DNA from: Bacillota bacterium
GTDB taxonomy: Bacteria; Bacillota; Bacilli; Bu12
DNA length: 64,000 bases
Direction: 5' to 3'
Assembly (NCBI GenBank): GCA_014896485.1
Contig: JADBKH010000005.1
Span: forward strand, 7,500-71,499
Below, piece by piece: positions 31,220 to 41,382 of this stretch; position 1 is the stretch's first letter, and every line of letters starts with the position of its first letter. The notes under the pieces are model-generated. The model made no database searches. It worked only from the letters and a program-made list of their open reading frames with translations, and was not told the DNA's origin. Made by a program: the position numbers and the translations under genes.

Positions 31220-32423
31220 GGGTACCCTTCCCCCGCCCCATCGCCGTTGACAACGTCACCACGTTGGCTCCTGAAAATTCCAACGGCACCCTATGATTTC
31301 CCCCGTCTGTATCGAAAAGGTGGAGCATCACACGAATCCGTCGCGCCAGTAAAGGCATCAGAAAGCGGGAGAGATAGATCTCGCCGACCCGGCTCGAAAC
31401 CACGACCACCCGATCTTGTGCGGTGAGAATGGGTGCAAAGGCCGCGATCTCCTCGCCGGCTCCCCGTGACGCATTCGGTTGGATGGCAGCCAACCGATCC
31501 AGCAACGGGTCAACGCGCCCCCGAGGTGCTCCCATCGGGTGTGCCTGACCATCGATCACCAAAAAGCCTTGTCCGCCGAGCTGTTCCCACTGCCACAGCA
31601 GAGAAGCGCCCCAAGAGACAACTTGTTCGAAAAGCGCTTGCGGCATCCCCTGGTAACGATCCTGTTTGCGATCGATTACCAGCCAGAGTCGTTCGTCTGA
31701 TCCGTGTTCGAACTCCTTGCTTTGTGGTGTTCCGGCTTTTGCAGTCAGCTTCCAGTGAATGCGGTTGATCCGATCACCTGGCTGATAAGGGCGCACACTA
31801 GACAGACGTGAGACATCCTCTTGGTAGCGTCCTCCGGGACGCGAGCCAAAAGAGAACTGAGATGAAAGTGGGTCCTCGGGAATAGGAATCAGACGTGGGT
31901 AGACAATCAATTGTCCAGGTGCCCGAAAGCGGCGTTGCAGCGTGATGAGCCCAAAAAGATCACCAGAGCGAAGCACAAGGTGGGAAAAAACGTAAACGCC
32001 GCGCGGTACGTTTTCCAATGTTGTTTCCCAGATTGCTCCCTGGGGCCCCATCACTGCCCACTGCTGGCGGCGTACATGCTGCTTTAGCCCCTGTGGCCAT
32101 TGTTCTGCAACCTGCCAACCAAAATGTGGCCAACCCCGCCGGGCTTGGATGTGGACGGATAGATGCACCGGCTCATTGGCGAAATATCGTGGGGCATCAA
32201 AGCTACGTGAAACTCGAATGCCAAAGAGACCCACCACGGCAGCACCCACCGAGAATGCCAACAACGCAGAGGTTGCGTATAAGACGAAATACGGTCCAAA
32301 TCCACCTTGCACGCGGGCATAAACAAACGCCACTCCAAGGAGAGCCACACACAGGAACAGTGCACGTACGACAAGCCACATCGAGCTTTGGCGCACTTGC
32401 CGCAGCCGATCGCCTCGTTTCAC
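31212..32423 (-). CDS. DUF58 domain protein (YeaD-like)
   Basis: GDLFGL, VYPR and VRPYQPGDRINRIHWKLTAK motifs. GTGA overlap with the moxR stop. Confidence 0.88.
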   Translation of the reverse strand: MKRGDRLRQVRQSSMWLVVRALFLCVALLGVAFVYARVQGGFGPYFVLYATSALLAFSVGAAVVGLFGIRVSRSFDAPRYFANEPVHLSVHIQARRGWPHFGWQVAEQWPQGLKQHVRRQQWAVMGPQGAIWETTLENVPRGVYVFSHLVLRSGDLFGLITLQRRFRAPGQLIVYPRLIPIPEDPLSSQFSFGSRPGGRYQEDVSRLSSVRPYQPGDRINRIHWKLTAKAGTPQSKEFEHGSDERLWLVIDRKQDRYQGMPQALFEQVVSWGASLLWQWEQLGGQGFLVIDGQAHPMGAPRGRVDPLLDRLAAIQPNASRGAGEEIAAFAPILTAQDRVVVVSSRVGEIYLSRFLMPLLARRIRVMLHLFDTDGGNHRVPLEFSGANVVTLSTAMGRGKGTHA

Positions 32424-33388
32424 CGCGCTCCCCTCCGCATCGCGGAGGGCCACTTGGCAACCAGTTCTTCGACAAGCGATTCCGCTTTGACACCGTCCAT
32501 GCGGGCTTGGGGGGTCAGTACCAAACGATGGGCCAGAATAGGTACCGCCAACGGCTGAAGATCCTCCGGGGTCACATAGCTGCGCCCTGCAAGATAGGCG
32601 CTCGCCTGTGCCAAACGCATCCATCCCAGCGACGCGCGCGGGCTTGCTCCCAATGCCACCACAGAGAGCTCCCGCGTCGATTGGACAAAGGCGACAATGG
32701 CTCGCTGGAGGCTCTCTTCCACATAAACTTGCTGCACCTCACTGCGCGCACTGCGCAAATGTTGCGCCGTTGCAACAGGCTGCAGCGCCTCTGGAGAAAC
32801 GCGATCCTGCCACTCGCGCAAAAGTCGGATCTCTTCTTCGCGGGAAAGATACCCCAGATGGACTTTGATCAGGAAACGGTCGAGCTGGGCTTCAGGCAGC
32901 GGAAAAGTTCCCTCGTATTCGATCGGGTTCTGCGTCGCCATGACCAAAAACGGATCAGGCAACGGATGGCGCTCGCCGTCGACCGTGACCGCACGCTCTT
33001 CCATTGCTTCGAGTAAGGCAGCCTGCGTCTTGGGTGAAGTGCGATTGATCTCATCGGCAAGGACAATATTGGCCATGATCGGTCCCGGGCGAAAGAGGAA
33101 CCGACCACTCTCTTGGTCATAAACAGAAACACCGGTCACATCGGTGGGCAACAGATCCGGGGTAAACTGAATGCGCTTGAACGTACAACCAAAGCTTTGT
33201 GCAATTGCACGGACCAAGGTGGTCTTGCCAACACCCGGAACGTCTTCGATAAGCACGTGACCGTCGGCCAGCATCGCGGCAAAGAGCAACTGTACCACGC
33301 GATCTTTTCCCAAAATGACGCGCAGCACGTTCTCATATGCTTGCTGCACATGCTCCCTCGCCTCGGACGTATGTTCCACATCGATCAC
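32420..33388 (-). CDS. MoxR-family AAA+ ATPase (YeaC-like)
   Basis: EDVPGVGKT, RIQFTPDLLP, LADEINR, ATQNPIE, LPEAQLDRF motifs. Confidence 0.95.
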   Translation of the reverse strand: MIDVEHTSEAREHVQQAYENVLRVILGKDRVVQLLFAAMLADGHVLIEDVPGVGKTTLVRAIAQSFGCTFKRIQFTPDLLPTDVTGVSVYDQESGRFLFRPGPIMANIVLADEINRTSPKTQAALLEAMEERAVTVDGERHPLPDPFLVMATQNPIEYEGTFPLPEAQLDRFLIKVHLGYLSREEEIRLLREWQDRVSPEALQPVATAQHLRSARSEVQQVYVEESLQRAIVAFVQSTRELSVVALGASPRASLGWMRLAQASAYLAGRSYVTPEDLQPLAVPILAHRLVLTPQARMDGVKAESLVEELVAKWPSAMRRGAR

Positions 33389-33544
33389 ACTGCCCCGCCT
33401 CCTTGCCCGGTTTCTCCGTGCCATAAAACGCTTGCGCAGACCACTTGCTCTCATCGGTAGCACCGGTGCTGGCTTCAGTCTGCTCGCTTTTCTGCTCGTC
33501 CAACCCAGGCAAGTGCGAAAAATCACTGCCTTCTATCTTAACAC

Positions 33545-33570
33545 GAAAGGGGCACCCAACGGGTGCCCCT
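33545..33570 (-). terminator. Intrinsic terminator of groESL
   Basis: Minus strand AGGGGCACCC-GTT-GGGTGCCCCT then TTCGTGTT, just after the groEL stop. Confidence 0.8.
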
Positions 33571-33588
33571 CCTTAAGCTGGACGCCGA

Positions 33589-35531
<1,943 letters not shown>

Positions 35532-35587
35532 GCCTCGTTCCTCCTTTACCGTTCCAATGGCCGCACTCCCCGACTGTTTGAAGGCGG

Positions 35588-35614
35588 CTGGCACTCACTT
35601 GAGTTGAGTGCTAA
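35588..35614 (-). promoter_or_regulatory. CIRCE element (HrcA operator)
   Basis: Minus strand TTAGCACTC-N9-GAGTGCCAG upstream of groES. Confidence 0.92.
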
Positions 35615-35626
35615 CACCCCACGGCC

Positions 35627-35654
35627 ATTATAGCCGTCACAGGCGCAATTGCAA
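35627..35654 (-). promoter_or_regulatory. groESL sigma-A promoter
   Basis: TTGCAA (35649-35654)-16 nt-TATAAT (35627-35632), just upstream of CIRCE. Confidence 0.7.
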
Positions 35655-35659
35655 ACCGG

Positions 35660-35947
35660 TCACCCTTCTTGCGGAATTTGCAGCCGCGTATGCTGCTCGA
35701 GAAAACGCCACGTCGCTTCATCGCACACACCGAGCTCTTTTGCAGGAATGTTTTTCGTCATTTGGAGATCCCGCACCGCGACATTACAGATGTAATCAAA
35801 TTCATCGTTCGGCATCTGATTTGCCTCACCGGCGACGGTATTGTGCCAGTAGAAGCCCAGATCGACCAATGCCAGTTTGAGTGTCCGCACCCAAGGTCCC
35901 CGATCGCCCATTCGCAACGTTGGAAAATGCACAGCTGCCTCTGCCAT
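35660..35947 (-). CDS. Small stand-alone peptidoglycan-binding (PG_binding_1-like) protein
   Basis: PTLRMGDRGPWVRTLKLALVDLGF...AVRDLQ...GVCDEATWRFL pattern; GGGGG SD. Confidence 0.7.
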   Translation of the reverse strand: MAEAAVHFPTLRMGDRGPWVRTLKLALVDLGFYWHNTVAGEANQMPNDEFDYICNVAVRDLQMTKNIPAKELGVCDEATWRFLEQHTRLQIPQEG

Positions 35948-36080
35948 TGTGCCAACCCCCCAGATCGGTGAGATCCTTACTGCATCGTTTGCGTGCTTGA
36001 TGGCACGCCTGGAAGTATAGCACCATCACAGCAGAAACAGCCATGTGAAAGGCGGGAAAAGGTTTTCCGCACAGGTTGTA

Positions 36081-38312
36081 TCAGGCGGCTTCGCTCAGGA
36101 AAAGGCGCACCCATTCTCCAGCAGCCAGCGTCACCGTAAGCGGCTCGCCAGGTGACAGCTGCGTTGCAACACGATCATTTCCTTGACCACTCACCACGAC
36201 AGTCAGCGGGGCGTGCGAACCCCGCTGGAAGTGCAGCTGGGTAGTCCGAGCAGTTTCCAACGGGTTCCACAGCAAGAATCGGTAACCTGGCCCATCGACG
36301 CCCGCATGGGGATCGAGCAGATCAAGACAGAGCAGCATACATTCCTCATCTTCACTCTGTGCATACTGTTCAAACAACAAGGCCAACCAGAACACTTCGC
36401 CAGCCCCGTAGACCTCCTTGCCGATCTCCCCTGTCTGTCCCTCAAACTCCAGCATTGCCAAATTCTCATAAGGAATATAACGGGCACGCGTGTCATCAAA
36501 TTTGAAAAAGTAGAGATCGTTTTTACGCTGCAAGTTCAAAACACGCAGCATCAGAGGAGGAACGATGCCAGCGTCGATGAGGTGTATCCAGGGCAAGATC
36601 GCTTCGACGGATTCTTTGAGAGCCGGATAGAGCACAGAGGCGCAGGCCTGAAACATGCCCTGTACATTGACACCATGCGAACGGCGACTGGGATCACGAT
36701 ACCAATAGGCCATGCGCATTTGGGTGTCAAAAATCTGTTTCGCCCACTGGAGAGTCATCGGATCTCCTACAATCGCTGTCAACCAGGCCGCTGCAGCAGC
36801 GCCGAATGCCAATTCCTGGGGTTCATGATGCACCAAGTCAATCGGCAAATTGCACAAGACTTCCAGCGCCGTGTAGGCTTCCCGCAGATAGCGCTCTTGC
36901 TGGGTCAATTGGTAAGCAAGCAAGGCAGCGTACGCATACAGACCGTTATTGGCAAAATTGTAGCCATAGAGCGGCTCCTGTTGAGTCGCTTCATAAAACA
37001 TTGGAAAGAGATAATGGACTTTTTCAGCCAGAACGGTTGCGCGATCAAATGCGAGCAAGAAATCATTGACGAGCGTCGCATCGTTGGAGAGCAGAGCGAT
37101 CCATCCCCATTTGACCAAACCATTCTCGAAAAAGTACCAGCTGTCCACCGTTTCCGGTCCATCGGGTAGCGGAAAATCGTTGCTGATGAAGCGTTCCGAA
37201 GGGCGGAAAAAAGCATGGAGCTGTTTTTGCAGGACAGCGATGCGTTCTTGCAACGCCTGTGAACCAAAATCCCGTTGCCACAACAACCAAGGCCAGAGCA
37301 GATCGGTCTGGGTGACCAATTCCAAATGGGCTTCGGTTTCAAACCATTGAGAGCTCTTCGGGACATACGCGAGATACCCAGCCCCTTCTCCAACGGAAGT
37401 AAAGGCCAAGTTCTCATCGATCAATTCCTGTTTGGCCCCCTCTGCCACCTGATGCCAAGAGATCTCCGGTACGGGCCACGGCGTCGTGGTTGGCAGAAAC
37501 GGGACCAAGGCCTCTATCAAGGTCGAAATCGCTTGGGCAGCTGCTGGCGTCTGCTGCTGCTCATCGCAGCGGAGATACCACTGAAAACGCTGCTTCCCCT
37601 TCGGGAAGTCGCTGCCGAGATAGTCGTTTGCCCACAGGCCAATGCCATAACGATCTTGACCAGCAAAGACCATTCGCGCCGCACATTCATAACTGAGGAA
37701 GCGTGCCATGTTGCGATGGGTAAACCAGCGCATCTCTTCCATATCGAAGTAGAGGATCCAAACCGTCTTATGCATGGGATCATAGTAATAGAGCCCAGGC
37801 AAATCATTGCCCCGTACACCCTGTGCCGAAGGCGTCGGGTTGGCGATCTGCCATTGGTGCCATTCTAGGTATTGGCGATCTTGAAAACCGTGCAAATCGC
37901 CCAGCCAAACGACAATCTGGGGTTCAATCTCTCCTTGATGCTGCAGGGACAACGGCGCATTTAAATCTACCTGCACCGAAAAGCGGAACCACCCTTCGCT
38001 GGGTGAAAGGGTCACATTCCCCTCGAAAGGATAGGGAAGCGGTGCTCCCTGACGATCGGTCGCAAGGCCTTGTCCAGAAAAGAAAAGGGTATCCCCTTGT
38101 AGTGTCACTTGTGTTGGAACAAGATCAAAAGAAGGTCCGCTGATCAATCGATTCGGAAGGGAGATGACCTGCCACTCTCCGGCTTGACGGCGTTCAAAAT
38201 GATAGAGATAACCGCCTTCTTCTTGAAGCACGAAGCAGAGACGGGTGTCGCCGTTCTCTAATGCGACAAATCGCTCCGACAAGCGTTTGGGTTCGTCGGG
38301 CTGTGAGTACAT
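36081..38312 (-). CDS. Uncharacterised 743-aa protein, probable six-hairpin (alpha/alpha) glycosidase-like fold
   Basis: Long ORF with AAGGGGGAG SD. Beta-rich N-terminal half; helical C-terminal repeats such as LLAYQLTQQERYLREA; aromatic/acidic motifs DSWY and GKEVYGAGE. No signal peptide. Confidence 0.6.
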   Translation of the reverse strand: MYSQPDEPKRLSERFVALENGDTRLCFVLQEEGGYLYHFERRQAGEWQVISLPNRLISGPSFDLVPTQVTLQGDTLFFSGQGLATDRQGAPLPYPFEGNVTLSPSEGWFRFSVQVDLNAPLSLQHQGEIEPQIVVWLGDLHGFQDRQYLEWHQWQIANPTPSAQGVRGNDLPGLYYYDPMHKTVWILYFDMEEMRWFTHRNMARFLSYECAARMVFAGQDRYGIGLWANDYLGSDFPKGKQRFQWYLRCDEQQQTPAAAQAISTLIEALVPFLPTTTPWPVPEISWHQVAEGAKQELIDENLAFTSVGEGAGYLAYVPKSSQWFETEAHLELVTQTDLLWPWLLWQRDFGSQALQERIAVLQKQLHAFFRPSERFISNDFPLPDGPETVDSWYFFENGLVKWGWIALLSNDATLVNDFLLAFDRATVLAEKVHYLFPMFYEATQQEPLYGYNFANNGLYAYAALLAYQLTQQERYLREAYTALEVLCNLPIDLVHHEPQELAFGAAAAAWLTAIVGDPMTLQWAKQIFDTQMRMAYWYRDPSRRSHGVNVQGMFQACASVLYPALKESVEAILPWIHLIDAGIVPPLMLRVLNLQRKNDLYFFKFDDTRARYIPYENLAMLEFEGQTGEIGKEVYGAGEVFWLALLFEQYAQSEDEECMLLCLDLLDPHAGVDGPGYRFLLWNPLETARTTQLHFQRGSHAPLTVVVSGQGNDRVATQLSPGEPLTVTLAAGEWVRLFLSEAA

Positions 38313-38345
38313 GGGTTCTCCCCCTTGTTCTCCATCTTGTCCTGT

Positions 38346-38374
38346 ATCATACTGTTAAAAGCTTTGCGATTCAA
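38346..38374 (-). promoter_or_regulatory. Sigma-A promoter of the 743-aa gene
   Basis: TTGAAT (38369-38374)-17-TATGAT (38346-38351). Confidence 0.55.
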
Positions 38375-38423
38375 ACGAAAAGAGCGACGAAGAACAGGCC
38401 ATCGCTGAAGGGGGGAATAGCAG

Positions 38424-39560
38424 GTGAGCTCCAAGCATTTTTCTGTAGGGATTGCTGGCGCCGGCGCTTTTGCAACTTTTCTCGCCGAAGCGCTCGCCCC
38501 ACTTCCCGCTTTTTCACTTTCCGCTGTCGCCGGACATACACCTTCCAAGCGCGACGCTGTCTTGGCTGCCTATCGCAAGGCACGCCCTCAAGCGGCTACC
38601 CCACGTCAATACGATACGGCAGAAGCACTGATCGGTGATCCACACGTTGAGATCGTCCTCATCGTGACGCCACCGGCTACCCATGCCGAATTCACGGCGG
38701 CTACCCTGCAGGCCGGCAAGCACGCTTTCGTGGAAAAACCCGGTGCCTTGTCGGCTGCGCAATTGGAACAAAACCGGCAGCTTGCCGCATCGACGGGGCG
38801 TGCGCTGGCCGTCGATTTGGTCATGCGCCATCATCCTTTGACGGAAGCGGTACAGCAGCTGTTGTCACGGTGTTTGGTCGGTGAAGTCGAACATGTAACG
38901 TTGGTCAATGCCGTTCACCACGTCAAAAGCGGCCATTGGTTTTGGGATAAACGGCAGAGCGGTGGCATTTTCACAGAACATGGGGTCCATTTCTTCGAAG
39001 TGGCGCGACATTGGTTCGGAGAAGCAGAAACAGCAAGCGGCAGCGCACAAATAGATGGACAACAGGAGGAATCACGGGTCTGGGCAACTGCTTGTCATCA
39101 GGCAGCAGGTGTGCCGCCGGTACCCGTTCAGTACTACCATGGGTTCACACGGGCGCAAGAGGTACCAGAGCAGACAGAATGGCGCATCGAAACCAGCCTT
39201 GGAAGGATAACGCTCACCGGATGGATTCCAGAAAAATTAGAGATTGAAGCGGCATTGACGCCCGCACAGATCGAAGCGGTAGATACCCTTTTGCAGGCGA
39301 TTCCCCAGCAGCCGAGTCCCTTTTTGCAAGCTGCTGTCCAAGAGGTTGGCAGCAGCTTGCAAAAAGTGGACGATGCTGGTTCACCCCGCTGGATTCAGCG
39401 CACAACAATTTGTGCCGATCGCCAAGGCTGGTATAACGCAATGGTTCAGGCACGCTTTCTCGATCTCTGTCGTGCCATCGATGATCCCGGCTATGAGGGT
39501 TTGATCACACTGCAGGACGCTGTCGCTGACTTGGCTTTGGCCGAACGCTGCCGTGTTTGA
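38424..39560 (+). CDS. Gfo/Idh/MocA family oxidoreductase
   Basis: GIAGAGAF, TPPATH, GKHAFVEKP, WFWDKRQSGGIFTEHGVHFF motifs. Confidence 0.9.
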   Translation: MSSKHFSVGIAGAGAFATFLAEALAPLPAFSLSAVAGHTPSKRDAVLAAYRKARPQAATPRQYDTAEALIGDPHVEIVLIVTPPATHAEFTAATLQAGKHAFVEKPGALSAAQLEQNRQLAASTGRALAVDLVMRHHPLTEAVQQLLSRCLVGEVEHVTLVNAVHHVKSGHWFWDKRQSGGIFTEHGVHFFEVARHWFGEAETASGSAQIDGQQEESRVWATACHQAAGVPPVPVQYYHGFTRAQEVPEQTEWRIETSLGRITLTGWIPEKLEIEAALTPAQIEAVDTLLQAIPQQPSPFLQAAVQEVGSSLQKVDDAGSPRWIQRTTICADRQGWYNAMVQARFLDLCRAIDDPGYEGLITLQDAVADLALAERCRV

Positions 39561-39587
39561 CAAAAAGCAGGGTCCACAGGAGAGGAG

Positions 39588-40727
39588 ATGTCTCCCATCC
39601 CGGAGTACAACGTACCTGGTCCGTCTCGGTCCCCTATCCGAGTGGCACTGGTTGGATTGGGTCGTATTGCGGTCAGTCATGCAGCTGCGCTGCAAGCAAG
39701 CGGCGCTGCACAGCTGGCGCTTGTCGTCGACCACCGCCTCCAACGGTGTCAGCATTTCAGCGAACGCTACAATGTACCGTATCTGGACGATTTCGAAGCC
39801 ACGCTATCGCGTGCCGATATCGATGCCATTGAGATTTGCACCCCGCACGTCACACACCCGGCCTTTGCCATTGCTGCCGCTTGCCATGGCAAGCACGTCC
39901 TTACAGAAAAGCCCCTGGCCACGCGAATCGAAGCCGCGGATGCGGTCATTGCTGCAGCACAGCTGCATCACATACAGGTTGGTGTCGTCTACCAGATGCG
40001 TTTTACGCCAGCTGCCCAGCAGCTGAAAAAATGGATCGAGGAAGGGGCCATTGGCAAACCCCTCGGTGCACGGGGTGTGTTGACGTGGCACCGTCCCACC
40101 CACTATTATGCCGGTTCCACCTGGAAGGGACGGTGGGCTACCGAAGGCGGCGGTGTCCTGATCAATCAAGCGATTCATCTGATCGATTTGATGTTGTGGT
40201 ACTTGGGTGAAGTTACCCAGGTACGTGCTTACTACGCCAATGTCGCTCATCCAGAAGTCGAAGTGGAAGATACCGCGCAGCTGCACCTCCGTTTTTCAGA
40301 GGGTTCGACAGGAATCATCTATGCTTCGACAGCGTATGTGGCGGACGCCCCGCTTTTCTTGGAGATTATCGGAGAACAGGGCACCTGCCGACTTATCGGT
40401 GAAAGCGCCCTTTTAGAGAAGAAGGGTAGCACCACCCGCGTTGAAGGCACAGCAGCTTCTACCGGCGGTCCCTCCTACTGGGGTTCCGGCCATGATGCTT
40501 TGATCGACGCCTTCTATCACAACGTGCAAGAGGAACGTCCTTTTTTGGTGGATGCCCAGGAAGGGCGCAAATCGTTGGCCGTCGTACTGGCAGCTTACGA
40601 CTCCGCACGGCTGAACGAGCCCGTCTCTTTTCCCTACAGCCATACTTTGACCGAAATCGATCCGAAAAATATGCCACACCCGGCTTTGGTCATCGAAGAG
40701 GAGGAAGCAGCACTGCGGAAGAACTGA
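39588..40727 (+). CDS. Gfo/Idh/MocA family oxidoreductase (WlbA/sugar 3-dehydrogenase-like)
   Basis: GLGRI, CTPHVTH, GKHVLTEKP, WKGRWATEGGGVLINQAIHLID, EVEDTA motifs. Confidence 0.92.
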   Translation: MSPIPEYNVPGPSRSPIRVALVGLGRIAVSHAAALQASGAAQLALVVDHRLQRCQHFSERYNVPYLDDFEATLSRADIDAIEICTPHVTHPAFAIAAACHGKHVLTEKPLATRIEAADAVIAAAQLHHIQVGVVYQMRFTPAAQQLKKWIEEGAIGKPLGARGVLTWHRPTHYYAGSTWKGRWATEGGGVLINQAIHLIDLMLWYLGEVTQVRAYYANVAHPEVEVEDTAQLHLRFSEGSTGIIYASTAYVADAPLFLEIIGEQGTCRLIGESALLEKKGSTTRVEGTAASTGGPSYWGSGHDALIDAFYHNVQEERPFLVDAQEGRKSLAVVLAAYDSARLNEPVSFPYSHTLTEIDPKNMPHPALVIEEEEAALRKN

Positions 40728-40731
40728 ACAC

Positions 40732-41382
40732 TCAAAGAATCCCGCGCAACCAGGCGACCCGGACAGCGTCAATACGCGAACTGACTTGCAAGCGATTGAA
40801 AAGTGTCCGAATGTGCGTCTCGACCGTACGACGGCTCAGTCCCAACTGCTTGGCAATCGCCTCGTTCTTCCAGCCGTCGGCGATCAATCGCAAAATCTCC
40901 AGTTCCCGCGGTGTCAAACTGTCGGCATCCTTTTTCCAGTCGTTAAAGCGTATGGTTATTTCCGGAGAAAAAACCCGGTTGCCCCGAGCCACTTGCCGGA
41001 CCGCTTCTGCTAAAAATCCCGGCTCCGCTGATTTGAGAAGATATCCCCAGGCCCCACTCGATTGTGCTGCGACAATGTACTCCATATAGTCATATCCACT
41101 CAACAACAACACCCGACTTTGCGGCGCCTGAAGCCGTAACTTCGGCATCAAGGCAAAGGCATCGCCGTCTCCCAGGGCAATATCGAGCAGGATGACCTGG
41201 GCCTCCATTTTTTCGATCGCACGAAGTGTCTCGTTGACGCTTGTCGCCGTCCCTACGACTGTAAGCCCGTACTCTTCCAAAATGCTTGCCGTCCCTTGAA
41301 CGACAACGGGATGATCGTCCACCACAAGCACCGTCACTTGCTCGGCCGCCTGTTCAACGCCGGAAGGGTGTGACAACGCCAT
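40732..41382 (-). CDS. comA: NarL/LuxR-family response regulator, ComA-like
   Basis: Receiver VLVVDDHPVVVQGT (resembles the ComA DDHPAVMEGT), LLDI phospho-Asp, YLLKS; LuxR HTH LTPRELEIL...TVETH. Overlaps the kinase gene by 29 bp. Confidence 0.85.
   Translation of the reverse strand: MALSHPSGVEQAAEQVTVLVVDDHPVVVQGTASILEEYGLTVVGTATSVNETLRAIEKMEAQVILLDIALGDGDAFALMPKLRLQAPQSRVLLLSGYDYMEYIVAAQSSGAWGYLLKSAEPGFLAEAVRQVARGNRVFSPEITIRFNDWKKDADSLTPRELEILRLIADGWKNEAIAKQLGLSRRTVETHIRTLFNRLQVSSRIDAVRVAWLRGIL

Noticed and set aside
33333..33512. 59-aa minus-strand ORF containing CDRC between groEL and moxR
   Set aside because: Weak SD, TTG start, and the Cys motif falls in its out-of-frame overlap with the moxR start; probably spurious.
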